In this document: piece after piece, positions 1 through 8,323 of the stretch
Layout: each line of letters opens with the position of its first letter
Numbering within the stretch: the stretch's first letter is position 1
NCBI GenBank assembly: GCA_964487495.1
Contig: CAZAPL010000008.1
Location: forward strand, 1-41,260
Length of the DNA stretch: 41,260 nucleotides
Direction of reading: 5' to 3'
From: an uncultured Gammaproteobacteria bacterium
Lineage (GTDB): Bacteria; Patescibacteriota; Microgenomatia; CAYGWK01
Notes under the pieces: model-generated
Seen by the model: only the letters and a program-made list of their open reading frames with translations
What the model was told of the DNA's origin: nothing
Databases searched by the model: none
Program-made: the position numbers and the translations under genes

Positions 1-105
1 TTCTCCGTATTCCCAGGCATAGATAATATTAGCAATTAAAGCGAAGATAAATAGAGAAATACCAATGATTGTTTTAAAATTTATCGACGCAAATTTATTC
101 CCCAT
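1..105 (-). CDS. Partial CDS (N-terminus only) of a probable secreted/membrane protein
   Basis: ATG at 105, open to the window edge: MGNKFASINFKTIIGISLLSSLLIANIIYAWEYGE, signal-peptide-like. Confidence 0.6.
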   Translation of the reverse strand, partial: MGNKFASINFKTIIGISLFIFALIANIIYAWEYGE

Positions 106-180
106 TTATTTAAATTCATAGTAAAATGAGGCTGAAGACTCTTTTAAGTTATGTTTAAAAATAAACTTCTTTCGAGCAAG

Positions 181-215
181 ATTACACCTGTCAGGTGTAA
201 TAGGTTCACACCTAT
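181..215. repeat. REP-like palindromic element downstream of RAYT 1
   Basis: ATTACACCTG-T-CAGGTGTAAT palindrome (181-201) followed by ACACCTAT (208-215); inverted copy at 915-946. Confidence 0.85.
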
Positions 216-880
216 CGTACCTCCAATAACAAATGCTTAATTTTCTCTAACTTCTTTCCGTAATCAATCTGATCAAAAACAAATTTCCTATATTCTTGTG
301 GATTTTTGAAATGACTCAGGACCGGTTTTAAGTCTAATAAGGAAGACTCTCCTTTTAAATAATCAGGGAATGAGGAAAAAGGATAAGAAACAAGTTCCTT
401 TTCATTAATAAAAAAAGAAACGACCGGATTTATATGAATATAACGGGAAAGATGGATCAATTGTTCTTCTGTCTCGACTCTTACCGCTTTAAAAACACTC
501 TCAAACAAATCACCTTTCCTTTTATATTTTGTATTATAATAGCGAGTGAAACTGTTAGTTGCCCGACTTAAAAATAAAGAAATTCCATTATCTTCTTTCT
601 GTTGTAGGAGAAGATGAAAATGATTAGGCATAAAAACAAAGGCTAATATCTCTATTAATTTTTTATTTTTATTAAGTTGCTTAAATGCGCTATCTCTGGC
701 CTTTAAAGATAAATTTACAAAGTGGGAGAATCTTATCTGAGGATTTCTTTGATAAAAGAATAAAACATCAGTAAATCGTTGACAATCTCTTTTATTTACT
801 AAAATTGGCTGATTATTTATGGCTCGATTAAAAATATGATAGATTTCGCCAGTAGCTAAAATAGTTTTTCGGTAGGACAT
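212..880 (-). mobile_element. REP-associated tyrosine transposase (RAYT; Y1/HUH, IS200-like family)
   Basis: YHIFNR, MPNHFHLL (HUH), LSRYIHINPV (catalytic Tyr) and YPFSS motifs; flanked by palindromic repeats. Confidence 0.9.
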
Positions 881-887
881 ATATAGA

Positions 888-915
888 ATTATAGTTAAAA
901 AATAATCAAAGTCAA
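888..915 (-). promoter_or_regulatory. Sigma70 promoter of RAYT 1 (likely leaderless)
   Basis: TTGACT (915-910), 16 nt, TATAAT (893-888), then 7 nt to ATG 880. Confidence 0.6.
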
Positions 916-946
916 TAGGTGTAAATTAAAAACACCTGACAGGTGT
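915..946. repeat. REP-like element upstream of RAYT 1 (inverted copy of 184-215)
   Basis: ATAGGTGT-N9-ACACCTGACAGGTGT. Confidence 0.85.
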
Positions 947-954
947 AGGAAAGC

Positions 955-1956
955 ATGAATAAAAATAAAATTTTAATTATTTGTGGGCCGACGGCAACCG
1001 GAAAAACAAGTTTGGGAATTAGTTTGGCAAAAAAATTTGGCGGAGAAATAGTTTCTGCTGATTCTCGGCAGGTTTATAAAGGAATGGATATAGGCACTGG
1101 TAAAGACTTGCCTGTAAATTCCAAATTCCAAATTCCAAATTCCAAAATAAAAATTCCAAATTCCAAATTCCAAATTGGATATTATTTTTTGGATGGGATT
1201 CCAATTTGGCTTTATGATCTGGCAGATCCTGATTATCGCTTTAATGTTGCCGATTATATTAGTTGTTCTGAGGTGGTGATTAAAGATATTTGGCGGAGAA
1301 AAAAATTGCCAATTTTGGTAGGGGGGACAGGTTTTTATATAAAGGCTTTAATTGACGGAATTCAAACTTTAGGAATAGCGCCAGATTGGGAGTTAAGGGA
1401 GAAATTGAAAAAATTAGGAGTTGAAAAATTAAGGGAAATTTTGAAAGAAATTGACCCTGAACACTTAAAAAAGATGAATGAAAGTGATAGAAATAATCCA
1501 AGGAGGCTGATTAGGGCAATAGAGATAGCAAAAAAAATTCAAAATTCAAAATTCAAAGTTCAAAATTACAATCCAAAATTAAAAATTGGTAGTTTGCTAA
1601 TTATTGGCTTAAAAGCGCCCTATAGAGTTCTTTATGAAAGAATTGACAAGCGGGTTGAAGAAAGAATAAAGCAGGGAATTGAAGTAGAGATTAAAAGATT
1701 ACTTAAAAGGGGTTATAATTGGGAAAATTCTGCCTTGGGGACGACTTTAGGATATAAAGAATGGCAACCATATTTTGAAAATTTAGAATCAAAAGAAGAA
1801 ATAATTCAGAAATGGAAATACGAGGAGCATGCTTATGCCCGAAGGCAGATGGTTTGGTTTAGAAAAGATAAAAGAATTTATTGGTTTGATATAAGTAAAG
1901 TTAGCTATCAAAAAGAGATAGAAAAATTAATTGAAAAATGGTATATTAAGGATTAG
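955..1956 (+). CDS. miaA: tRNA (adenosine(37)-N6)-dimethylallyltransferase
   Basis: GPTATGKT P-loop, SADSRQVYKGMDIGTGK, VGGTGFY, YARRQMVWF. Confidence 0.96.
   Translation: MNKNKILIICGPTATGKTSLGISLAKKFGGEIVSADSRQVYKGMDIGTGKDLPVNSKFQIPNSKIKIPNSKFQIGYYFLDGIPIWLYDLADPDYRFNVADYISCSEVVIKDIWRRKKLPILVGGTGFYIKALIDGIQTLGIAPDWELREKLKKLGVEKLREILKEIDPEHLKKMNESDRNNPRRLIRAIEIAKKIQNSKFKVQNYNPKLKIGSLLIIGLKAPYRVLYERIDKRVEERIKQGIEVEIKRLLKRGYNWENSALGTTLGYKEWQPYFENLESKEEIIQKWKYEEHAYARRQMVWFRKDKRIYWFDISKVSYQKEIEKLIEKWYIKD
1116..1178 (+). repeat. Heptamer tandem repeat (AAATTCC)n inside miaA
   Basis: 9 units, 63 nt: 4x AAATTCC, AAAATAA, 3x AAATTCC, AAATTGG. Confidence 0.95.
1534..1588 (+). repeat. Degenerate heptamer tandem repeat (AAAATTC)n inside miaA
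   Basis: AAAATTC x3, AAAGTTC, AAAATTA, CAATCC, AAAATTA, AAAATTG; encodes KIQNSKFKVQNYNPKLKI. Confidence 0.9.
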
Positions 1957-1958
1957 TT

Positions 1959-2960
1959 ATGCCGAAAAAGATTGAAATTTCTCATCGTTCGATAATTTTT
2001 ACCGTTATTTTTTTAATTGGTCTTTGGTTTTTTTACCAAATTCGCCATATTATTATTGCTTTATTTGTTTCTTTTGTGTTTATGTCTGTTTTAAATCCCT
2101 TGGTTGATAAAATAGAAAAATGGCGTCTTCCTCGATGGCTGGCAATTCTTTTAGTTTTTTTAATAATTTTTGGAATAATTGGGGGGATTTTGGCGGTACT
2201 TATTCCTTCTTTAATTAATCAAAGCGCTATTTTTATTAATAGGGTTTCTAGTTTTTTTAGGCAGCTCAATATTGGAGTTCTTGAAGAGGCAGGAATAGAC
2301 AAAAATTTTGTTGTAAATCAGTTTACTAATCTTTCGGTAATCCCTTCAAATATCTTAAAAATAGCAATTGGATTTTTTACAAATTTAATCTCCCTCTTAA
2401 CCTTAATTGTTATTACTTTTTATCTTATGCTTGAAAGGAAAAATTTTGGTCGATACCTCAAGATACTTTTTGGAGAAAAAAAAGGCAAAGAATTCGAGAT
2501 TTTGATAGAAAAAATTGAAAAAAGGCTAGGAGGTTGGATTAGAGGAGAACTTAGTTTGATGGTTATTGTTGGGGTTTTGTCCTTTGCTGGTCTTCGTCTT
2601 TTAGGGATGGAGTTTGCCCTCCCATTGGCAATTTTTGCCGGTTTTTTAGAGATAGTTCCTAATATTGGTCCTATTGTTTCCGCGATTCCGGCAATGATTA
2701 GTGGTTTTGCAATCTCTCCTTTTATGGGAGTGGCGGTTGGGGCTTTATATTTTCTAATTCAGCAAATTGAAAATAATCTCATCGTTCCTCGGGTAATGCA
2801 CAAAATGGCCGGAGTGAATCCCTTAATAACTATTTTGTCATTGGCGATTGGTTTTAAGTTAGCGGGTGTTTTGGGGGCAATCTTGGCTATCCCCGTAGTT
2901 TTAATTATTTATGTTTTAATCTCTGATTTTTTTAGATCTGAAAAATTTAAAAATTTGTAA
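1959..2960 (+). CDS. AI-2E (PerM) family transporter
   Basis: Polytopic; LEIVPNIGP, QQIENNLIVPRVM, GVLGAILAIP motifs. Confidence 0.92.
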   Translation: MPKKIEISHRSIIFTVIFLIGLWFFYQIRHIIIALFVSFVFMSVLNPLVDKIEKWRLPRWLAILLVFLIIFGIIGGILAVLIPSLINQSAIFINRVSSFFRQLNIGVLEEAGIDKNFVVNQFTNLSVIPSNILKIAIGFFTNLISLLTLIVITFYLMLERKNFGRYLKILFGEKKGKEFEILIEKIEKRLGGWIRGELSLMVIVGVLSFAGLRLLGMEFALPLAIFAGFLEIVPNIGPIVSAIPAMISGFAISPFMGVAVGALYFLIQQIENNLIVPRVMHKMAGVNPLITILSLAIGFKLAGVLGAILAIPVVLIIYVLISDFFRSEKFKNL

Positions 2961-2993
2961 TTTCTTCTTTTTTTTGGTAAAATTTTTTTAAAT

Positions 2994-3367
2994 CCTTAAG
3001 AAAAAACCGGACAATCGGGACGTAAAAATTTTTATTTTTACGTTCAGGAAAGTCCAGACAGCAGAAAGCAGGGTGTCTTGGTAATACCAAGATGTTTCGC
3101 TTTTGATAAGCGAAATAAAGATAGGGCCACAGAGACGAGCCGGGTGGCGCCGGGTGAAACGGTCAAGCGACTGGGCGCTTACTTCGCAGGGTTTACCCCG
3201 AGCGAAGTAAGGGGCAACCCTCCCCGCTGCAATCTCCGATAGACCCGCTCCGCCGAATTGGCGGATAAGGTTGCTTTCCCGAGGGTCAAGGTTGAGAGCG
3301 TTAGATTGATGATTGTCGCCTCAATAAAAGAGGTACAGAATCTGGCTTATAGGTTTTTTCTTAAGGG
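2994..3367 (+). ncRNA. rnpB: RNase P RNA
   Basis: P1 CCTTAAGAAAAAACC (2994-3008) pairs with 3352-3366; P2 GACAATC/GATTGTC; CAGGAAAGTCCAGAC and ACAGAATCTGGCTTA (P4); GCCACAGAGA and GGTGAAACGG; TG-G-TAAAAT extended -10 at 2975-2983. Confidence 0.95.
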
Positions 3368-3379
3368 TTAACTTTGGCA

Positions 3380-4153
3380 ATGAGTTTTTTTGAAGTTTTA
3401 TTTTTAGCAATCGTTCAGGGATTGACTGAATTTCTGCCAATTTCTTCAAGTGGGCATTTAGTGATTTTCCAAAAAATTTTAGGTTTTTCTAAAGCGCCAG
3501 TTTTATTTGATGTCCTTCTTCACGTTGGAACTTTAGGAGCGATTATTTTTTATTTTCGGAAAGGATTAGAGCAGATTATATCCGGATTAACACAAAAAAA
3601 GAAAGAGTCGGTAAATACCCTTTGGTTAGTTTTTCTGGGAACAATTCCCGCGGCCTTAGTTGGTGGTTTATTTGAGAAACAGATAAGTTCGGCTTTTAAT
3701 TCTCCTCAAACAGTGGGATTGACTTTTTTAGCAACTGCAGGATTATTGTTTTCTACTAGGTTAATTAAGCATCAAAATAAATGCTTTAATCAATTAAAGT
3801 GGTTTGATGCTTTATTTATAGGAATATTTCAGGCAGCGGCAATTCTTCCGGGAATCTCACGTTCCGGTTCAACCATTTCTTCCGGACTTTGGCGAGGATT
3901 TTCTCAAGAGACTGCCTTTACTTTTTCTTTCTATTTGGCAATCCCGGCAATTTTTGGGGCTTTAATTTTGGAGGCAAGAGATCTTTTTTCTTATTCCCAA
4001 ACTGAATTAATTCAGGGAGTGGCAGGGATGATAATTGCCGGGATTGTTGGTTTTTTTGCTTTAAAAGTTTTAGAGAAAGTCCTTAAGTCTACCAAATTTT
4101 TCTGGTTTGGAATATATTGTTTAGTTTTGGGAATAATTATTCTTCTTATTTAG
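3380..4153 (+). CDS. uppP: Undecaprenyl-diphosphatase
   Basis: QGLTEFLPISSSGH and PGISRSGST motifs; ATG 3380 preferred over TTG 3374. Confidence 0.96.
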   Translation: MSFFEVLFLAIVQGLTEFLPISSSGHLVIFQKILGFSKAPVLFDVLLHVGTLGAIIFYFRKGLEQIISGLTQKKKESVNTLWLVFLGTIPAALVGGLFEKQISSAFNSPQTVGLTFLATAGLLFSTRLIKHQNKCFNQLKWFDALFIGIFQAAAILPGISRSGSTISSGLWRGFSQETAFTFSFYLAIPAIFGALILEARDLFSYSQTELIQGVAGMIIAGIVGFFALKVLEKVLKSTKFFWFGIYCLVLGIIILLI

Positions 4154-4155
4154 TT

Positions 4156-5322
4156 TTATTTTTTAACAAATAAGACGGCGTTGGGGATATTGCGGCCAGG
4201 ACCAACTTTGTAGCCTCCAAACCAAAGGGCAGTTGAGCCGCCATCGTCAAGATTTAAGGCATTTTCAAGACCAAGAGCATGAAGGGTAAGGGCAGATTCA
4301 GCCACGGTTGCATTGTGGACAACGCCTATATAAACCGTATTTCCTTTTGTGCCAATAAAACTTCTATTCCCTTTGCTGCCTTGTTTTGGGTCATCACCAC
4401 CGGTGAATTTTATTTGACTGTTTAAAAGAAGAAGAGGATGATTAGCCAAAACAGCATCAACGCTTGTGTCCCTGCCCCATTCCAAAGATTGACTAACGAA
4501 TCTTGCGGTATTTCCGTAGAAAATTACCGCGGGAACAGTACTATAGATGTTATTTTCAGAATTAATGTATTTTTTGTTTTTATTCATCAAAAGAGTATCA
4601 AAAGCATTTTTTTTGTTGCTACATGAAGGGTAAGTTGCCGGACAAAAATATGAGCCGTTTATTCCGGCAAAAGCATTGTTTCGTAAGACATAATCAGCCA
4701 AAGGCAAAACCGGGCAATCGTTGGCGCAGTCTGAATCCGAGGCCGTATCAACAATGACGCGCGTAGAATTTAAGTCAGCGGAGATAATATCAACCATAAA
4801 ATCGCCCATTTCAGTTTTAACCTTTTGACGTTGGTATCCTTCTTGGGGAGGATTATTTGTTTCGCTTACTTTGGGAGGGATTTTAAAAGAGGTAGCAATT
4901 TTTTCTCTTTCATTTTCGATTTTATTGGCAAGGTCGCTAAGTTTAGCTTCGGCCGAAGCGTAATTTTTTTGGGAAAGAAGATTTAAGATTTCAGCAAACA
5001 ATTCATCCAGTTTTTCTGTCTTTTGGTAAGTTTCTTTAAAACTTAATAATTTTTCATAAGTTTGGGCAGCCTGATTATAGACTTTTTGAATATTTTTTAT
5101 TTCTTCTTCAAGTTCTTTGTTTTTTAAATATTGGTCTTGGTTTTTTAAGATATTTAATTCTTCAGAAATTAAAACAAGTTTTTGCTCAAGGCCGACTTTT
5201 TCGTTTTTGAGAGTTTTGGTTTGTTGATAAAAAATAAAAAACACGGAGGCGGCTGAGATAATAAAAAAGGGGGCAATATAAAATAGAATTTTTTTAACCT
5301 GTGGGTAATTTATTTTTTTCAC
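4156..5322 (-). CDS. Phosphodiester glycosidase (NAGPA/DUF2233) family protein with N-terminal TM and coiled coil
   Basis: AGINGSYF, NRSFIG, ALNLDDGGST motifs. Confidence 0.85.
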   Translation of the reverse strand: MKKINYPQVKKILFYIAPFFIISAASVFFIFYQQTKTLKNEKVGLEQKLVLISEELNILKNQDQYLKNKELEEEIKNIQKVYNQAAQTYEKLLSFKETYQKTEKLDELFAEILNLLSQKNYASAEAKLSDLANKIENEREKIATSFKIPPKVSETNNPPQEGYQRQKVKTEMGDFMVDIISADLNSTRVIVDTASDSDCANDCPVLPLADYVLRNNAFAGINGSYFCPATYPSCSNKKNAFDTLLMNKNKKYINSENNIYSTVPAVIFYGNTARFVSQSLEWGRDTSVDAVLANHPLLLLNSQIKFTGGDDPKQGSKGNRSFIGTKGNTVYIGVVHNATVAESALTLHALGLENALNLDDGGSTALWFGGYKVGPGRNIPNAVLFVKK

Positions 5323-5364
5323 TATTTTCAGTTTATCATATAAAATATAGTTTAGTTAGTTTTT

Positions 5365-6276
5365 ATGAATTCTTTCTTTCATATTCCGGTTTTGCTTAAA
5401 GAAACAATTGAATTTTTAAATCCTTCACCGGGAGAAATTTTTGTTGATTGCACATTGGGTGGTGGAGGGCACGCCGAAAAAATTTTAGAAAAAATTGGCA
5501 AAAAGGGAAAACTTGTTGGTATTGATTGCGATCCGGAGGCGATTGAAGAAGGAAAGAGGAAACTTAAAAAATTTGGAAGTCAGGTGGTTTTTGTTAATGA
5601 TAATTTTGTTAATCTAAAAAATATTCTCCAAGAATTAGGGATTTTTCAAGTTGATGGGATTCTTTTTGATTTAGGAGTTTCTTCTTATCAACTGGAGACA
5701 CGCCAACGTGGTTTTAGTTTTGGCGAAAAAGATAGGGACGCTCTTTTGGATATGCGAATGAATCCAGCCCAAAATTTTTCTGCTTTTGATATCGTCAATT
5801 TTTATCCGGAGAAAAAATTAAGGGAATTGTTTTTTAAGTTAGGCGAGGAACCATTTGGAGGAAAAATTGCCAGAGAAATTGTAAAAGAAAGAGAGAAAAA
5901 GAAAATTAAAACTTGCGGAGAACTTTTGGATTTAATTCGTCGGGCTACTCCACCAGATTATCGCTTTTCAAGAAAAAGCCATTGGGCTTCCAAAATTTTT
6001 CGGGCTTTAAGAATGGAGGTTAATCAAGAATTGCCAAATTTAGAAAAAGTTTTGCCTCAAGCGCTTGAGGTCTTAAAAAACGGAGGAAGAATAGTAGTTA
6101 TTTCTTTTCATTCGCTTGAAGATAGAATTGTTAAACGTAAGTTTTTGGAGTGGCAAAAATTTGGTTTTGTTGAGATTTTAACTAAAAAACCAGTTTTAGC
6201 AACTTCCTTGGAAATTATGAAAAACCCACGGGCAGACAGCGCTAAATTAAGAGCGGTTAAAAAATTAGTTAAATAA
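5365..6276 (+). CDS. rsmH: 16S rRNA m4C1402 methyltransferase
   Basis: HIPVLL, DCTLGGGGH, DLGVSSYQL, LDMRM, ISFHSLEDRIVK, NPRADSAKLR. Confidence 0.97.
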   Translation: MNSFFHIPVLLKETIEFLNPSPGEIFVDCTLGGGGHAEKILEKIGKKGKLVGIDCDPEAIEEGKRKLKKFGSQVVFVNDNFVNLKNILQELGIFQVDGILFDLGVSSYQLETRQRGFSFGEKDRDALLDMRMNPAQNFSAFDIVNFYPEKKLRELFFKLGEEPFGGKIAREIVKEREKKKIKTCGELLDLIRRATPPDYRFSRKSHWASKIFRALRMEVNQELPNLEKVLPQALEVLKNGGRIVVISFHSLEDRIVKRKFLEWQKFGFVEILTKKPVLATSLEIMKNPRADSAKLRAVKKLVK

Positions 6277-6315
6277 GGGCTAGTTTTAAATTGAGTAGTT
6301 TTTTAAATTTTAGTT

Positions 6316-8292
6316 TTATTTTTGGCATTCGTTTTCAAGTCTTTCAAGGGATAGTTGACTAAGATCCTTAGGATCTTTAGGTTCTAAACCAGAGCCTCCA
6401 GGAGCTAATTCTTTCAGATAACCGCCTTTTTCTAATTGCTCTTCTTGATATCTATGTCTTAATTCGTGGAGTAAAACTCCTCGAGAAGCATCCGGGTTTT
6501 GCTCGTAGATTTCTAAATACCTTAAACATTCGGGGCCTAAAAGAATACTACTTATAGAAACTTCTGGCTTAGAGTAAGGAGCCAGACCGCAATAAGGATC
6601 TATTTGAGCAAACATGATTATAAGGTTTTCTCCTTCTGGCAAATCTGCTATACATCTTATTAATTCTGGGGTTTTTGGGCCAAAATTTAGGGTTTTTTTA
6701 AGTAATTCTGGATCTATAGGACTTCGAGTTTCATTACGTAAAAAAACATTTCCTCCTAAATCCCTTGTCTCACCCGGCGCCAAAGGCGTAGATAATAAAT
6801 CCTCAAAACTTGATTCTGCTTTTTCTTGGGTTTCCTGATTTGCTGTCTTTTTTGGTGGGATTTGGGTATTTCCAATATCAATATCATTTTCTTGCATTTT
6901 TTGTTGTAAAAGTTGCCAGATTTCCCAAACATACTTTGCTTGTTCCCTGTGTTGATTCCAAGCCTTTCCTCCATTGCCTATAAAATTTTTTACAAAACTT
7001 GTTTTATCTGTTTCTTTATCTAAACCCATTACCATAACAACAAATTTGGCTGCGGCAAACATACTTGCTCGGTCATTAGTTCTATCAAGTAAACCCACCA
7101 ATTCTGCCGTTTCTTCCATAAACTGCATCGCGCCCACGGCACCAGCATAACTGGTAATGTTTCCTCCAAGAAAATAAGGGTGTTCTGAATTTCTTAAGGC
7201 TACCAAAAGCAATGCAATTTTAATGGCGTTTTCGTCAACTTTCCCTCCATTGACAAAAACTGCGGCATCAAAACTGTCTCGCCAAACCACGTCAGGTATA
7301 CGAAGGTAAAATTGAGAACCATTCCAATAAGTGATTGGTTCTTCGATTTTTGGAGCGGGCGGTCTCAATTCTTGGGGGACACTAAAACTCAAAACTTTTT
7401 CGTCAATAGGAGTCTCCGCAGTTTGAATTCCCAAAGATTTGTATTGCAAAAGTAGTTGTTCCTGGAGGGCCGCTTTATCTGCTGATATTGCCGTTTCATT
7501 TGGATGAGAGGATGAACTAATTGGTTTTCTCCCAACCCTAAAAACAATTTCATCATTTTCTATTTTCCATTCTATTATTACTGTATAGTTTTCAAAGGGA
7601 TTGACAATGAAAAAGTCTTTATCGTATCTTTTAGGATCGCACCACATCGTTACCCAATATTCTTTGGAAACGCCGCCAATCGGCGGATTATGGCCGATCA
7701 TTGTTGGCGTACTTAATTTTACTTCTAAACCGGCTTTTTTTACTACTTGATGTAGCATTGAAGCAGCATGACAAACACCATTACCGGCAATACCGCCAAC
7801 TACACGCATATTAAGATAGCAATCTGGCCCAAAGGTTTTGTTAACCGATATTTCTTGACCTGGGGGAATTTCTATCTGGCCAGCGTATTCTCCCCCACCG
7901 ACTTCTTGAGAAAGACGAGTATAAAACAAACGGGCATTTTCTACCATTTTAGAATTATTGGTTAATTCGGAAAATCTGAAAGTTTCCCCTTCTAACAATA
8001 CTTCTGCTGCTGCCTCTGCCGGCGAGGCTTGGGCACTTATGTCGGGGGAAGAAGGAGGACTTGATGTTTTTTTGTTTACGGCTTTAAGTATGGGAATACC
8101 TTCTAAATTTTTTGTGTCAGCAGCTATTATTTCGGGAATGGGTGGAGTTTCAACACTACATGAAATTGGTGATCTGTTATTTTCATCACCGTCAGCAAAA
8201 CGCCTGATTTGATCGCCGGCTTTGCAGCCGGTTATTAAAGTTAAAGAAAGACAAGCGCTCAATAAATAATTTTTTAAAGACTCTTTTGCCAT
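6316..8292 (-). CDS. Putative lipoprotein with VanW-like, lytic transglycosylase-like and HExxH regions
   Basis: Lipobox LITG-C; ISVNKTFGP...GNGVCHAASMLHQVVKKAGLEV (VanW-like); SYAGAVGAMQFMEETA (SLT/GH23-like); LLHELRHRYQ. Confidence 0.65.
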   Translation of the reverse strand: MAKESLKNYLLSACLSLTLITGCKAGDQIRRFADGDENNRSPISCSVETPPIPEIIAADTKNLEGIPILKAVNKKTSSPPSSPDISAQASPAEAAAEVLLEGETFRFSELTNNSKMVENARLFYTRLSQEVGGGEYAGQIEIPPGQEISVNKTFGPDCYLNMRVVGGIAGNGVCHAASMLHQVVKKAGLEVKLSTPTMIGHNPPIGGVSKEYWVTMWCDPKRYDKDFFIVNPFENYTVIIEWKIENDEIVFRVGRKPISSSSHPNETAISADKAALQEQLLLQYKSLGIQTAETPIDEKVLSFSVPQELRPPAPKIEEPITYWNGSQFYLRIPDVVWRDSFDAAVFVNGGKVDENAIKIALLLVALRNSEHPYFLGGNITSYAGAVGAMQFMEETAELVGLLDRTNDRASMFAAAKFVVMVMGLDKETDKTSFVKNFIGNGGKAWNQHREQAKYVWEIWQLLQQKMQENDIDIGNTQIPPKKTANQETQEKAESSFEDLLSTPLAPGETRDLGGNVFLRNETRSPIDPELLKKTLNFGPKTPELIRCIADLPEGENLIIMFAQIDPYCGLAPYSKPEVSISSILLGPECLRYLEIYEQNPDASRGVLLHELRHRYQEEQLEKGGYLKELAPGGSGLEPKDPKDLSQLSLERLENECQK

Positions 8293-8323
8293 CTGAAGAA
8301 TTTTTTAACGGGCAGAGGGATAT

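Noticed and set aside
212-880. Classical IS200/IS605 element with tnpB
   Set aside because: No tnpB; length over 200 aa and the YIHxNPV / YxxSS motifs fit RAYT rather than IS200 TnpA.
973-1204. Antisense ORFs 973..1173 and 1019..1204 (FGIWNLE repeats)
   Set aside because: Artefacts of the stop-free heptamer tract inside miaA.
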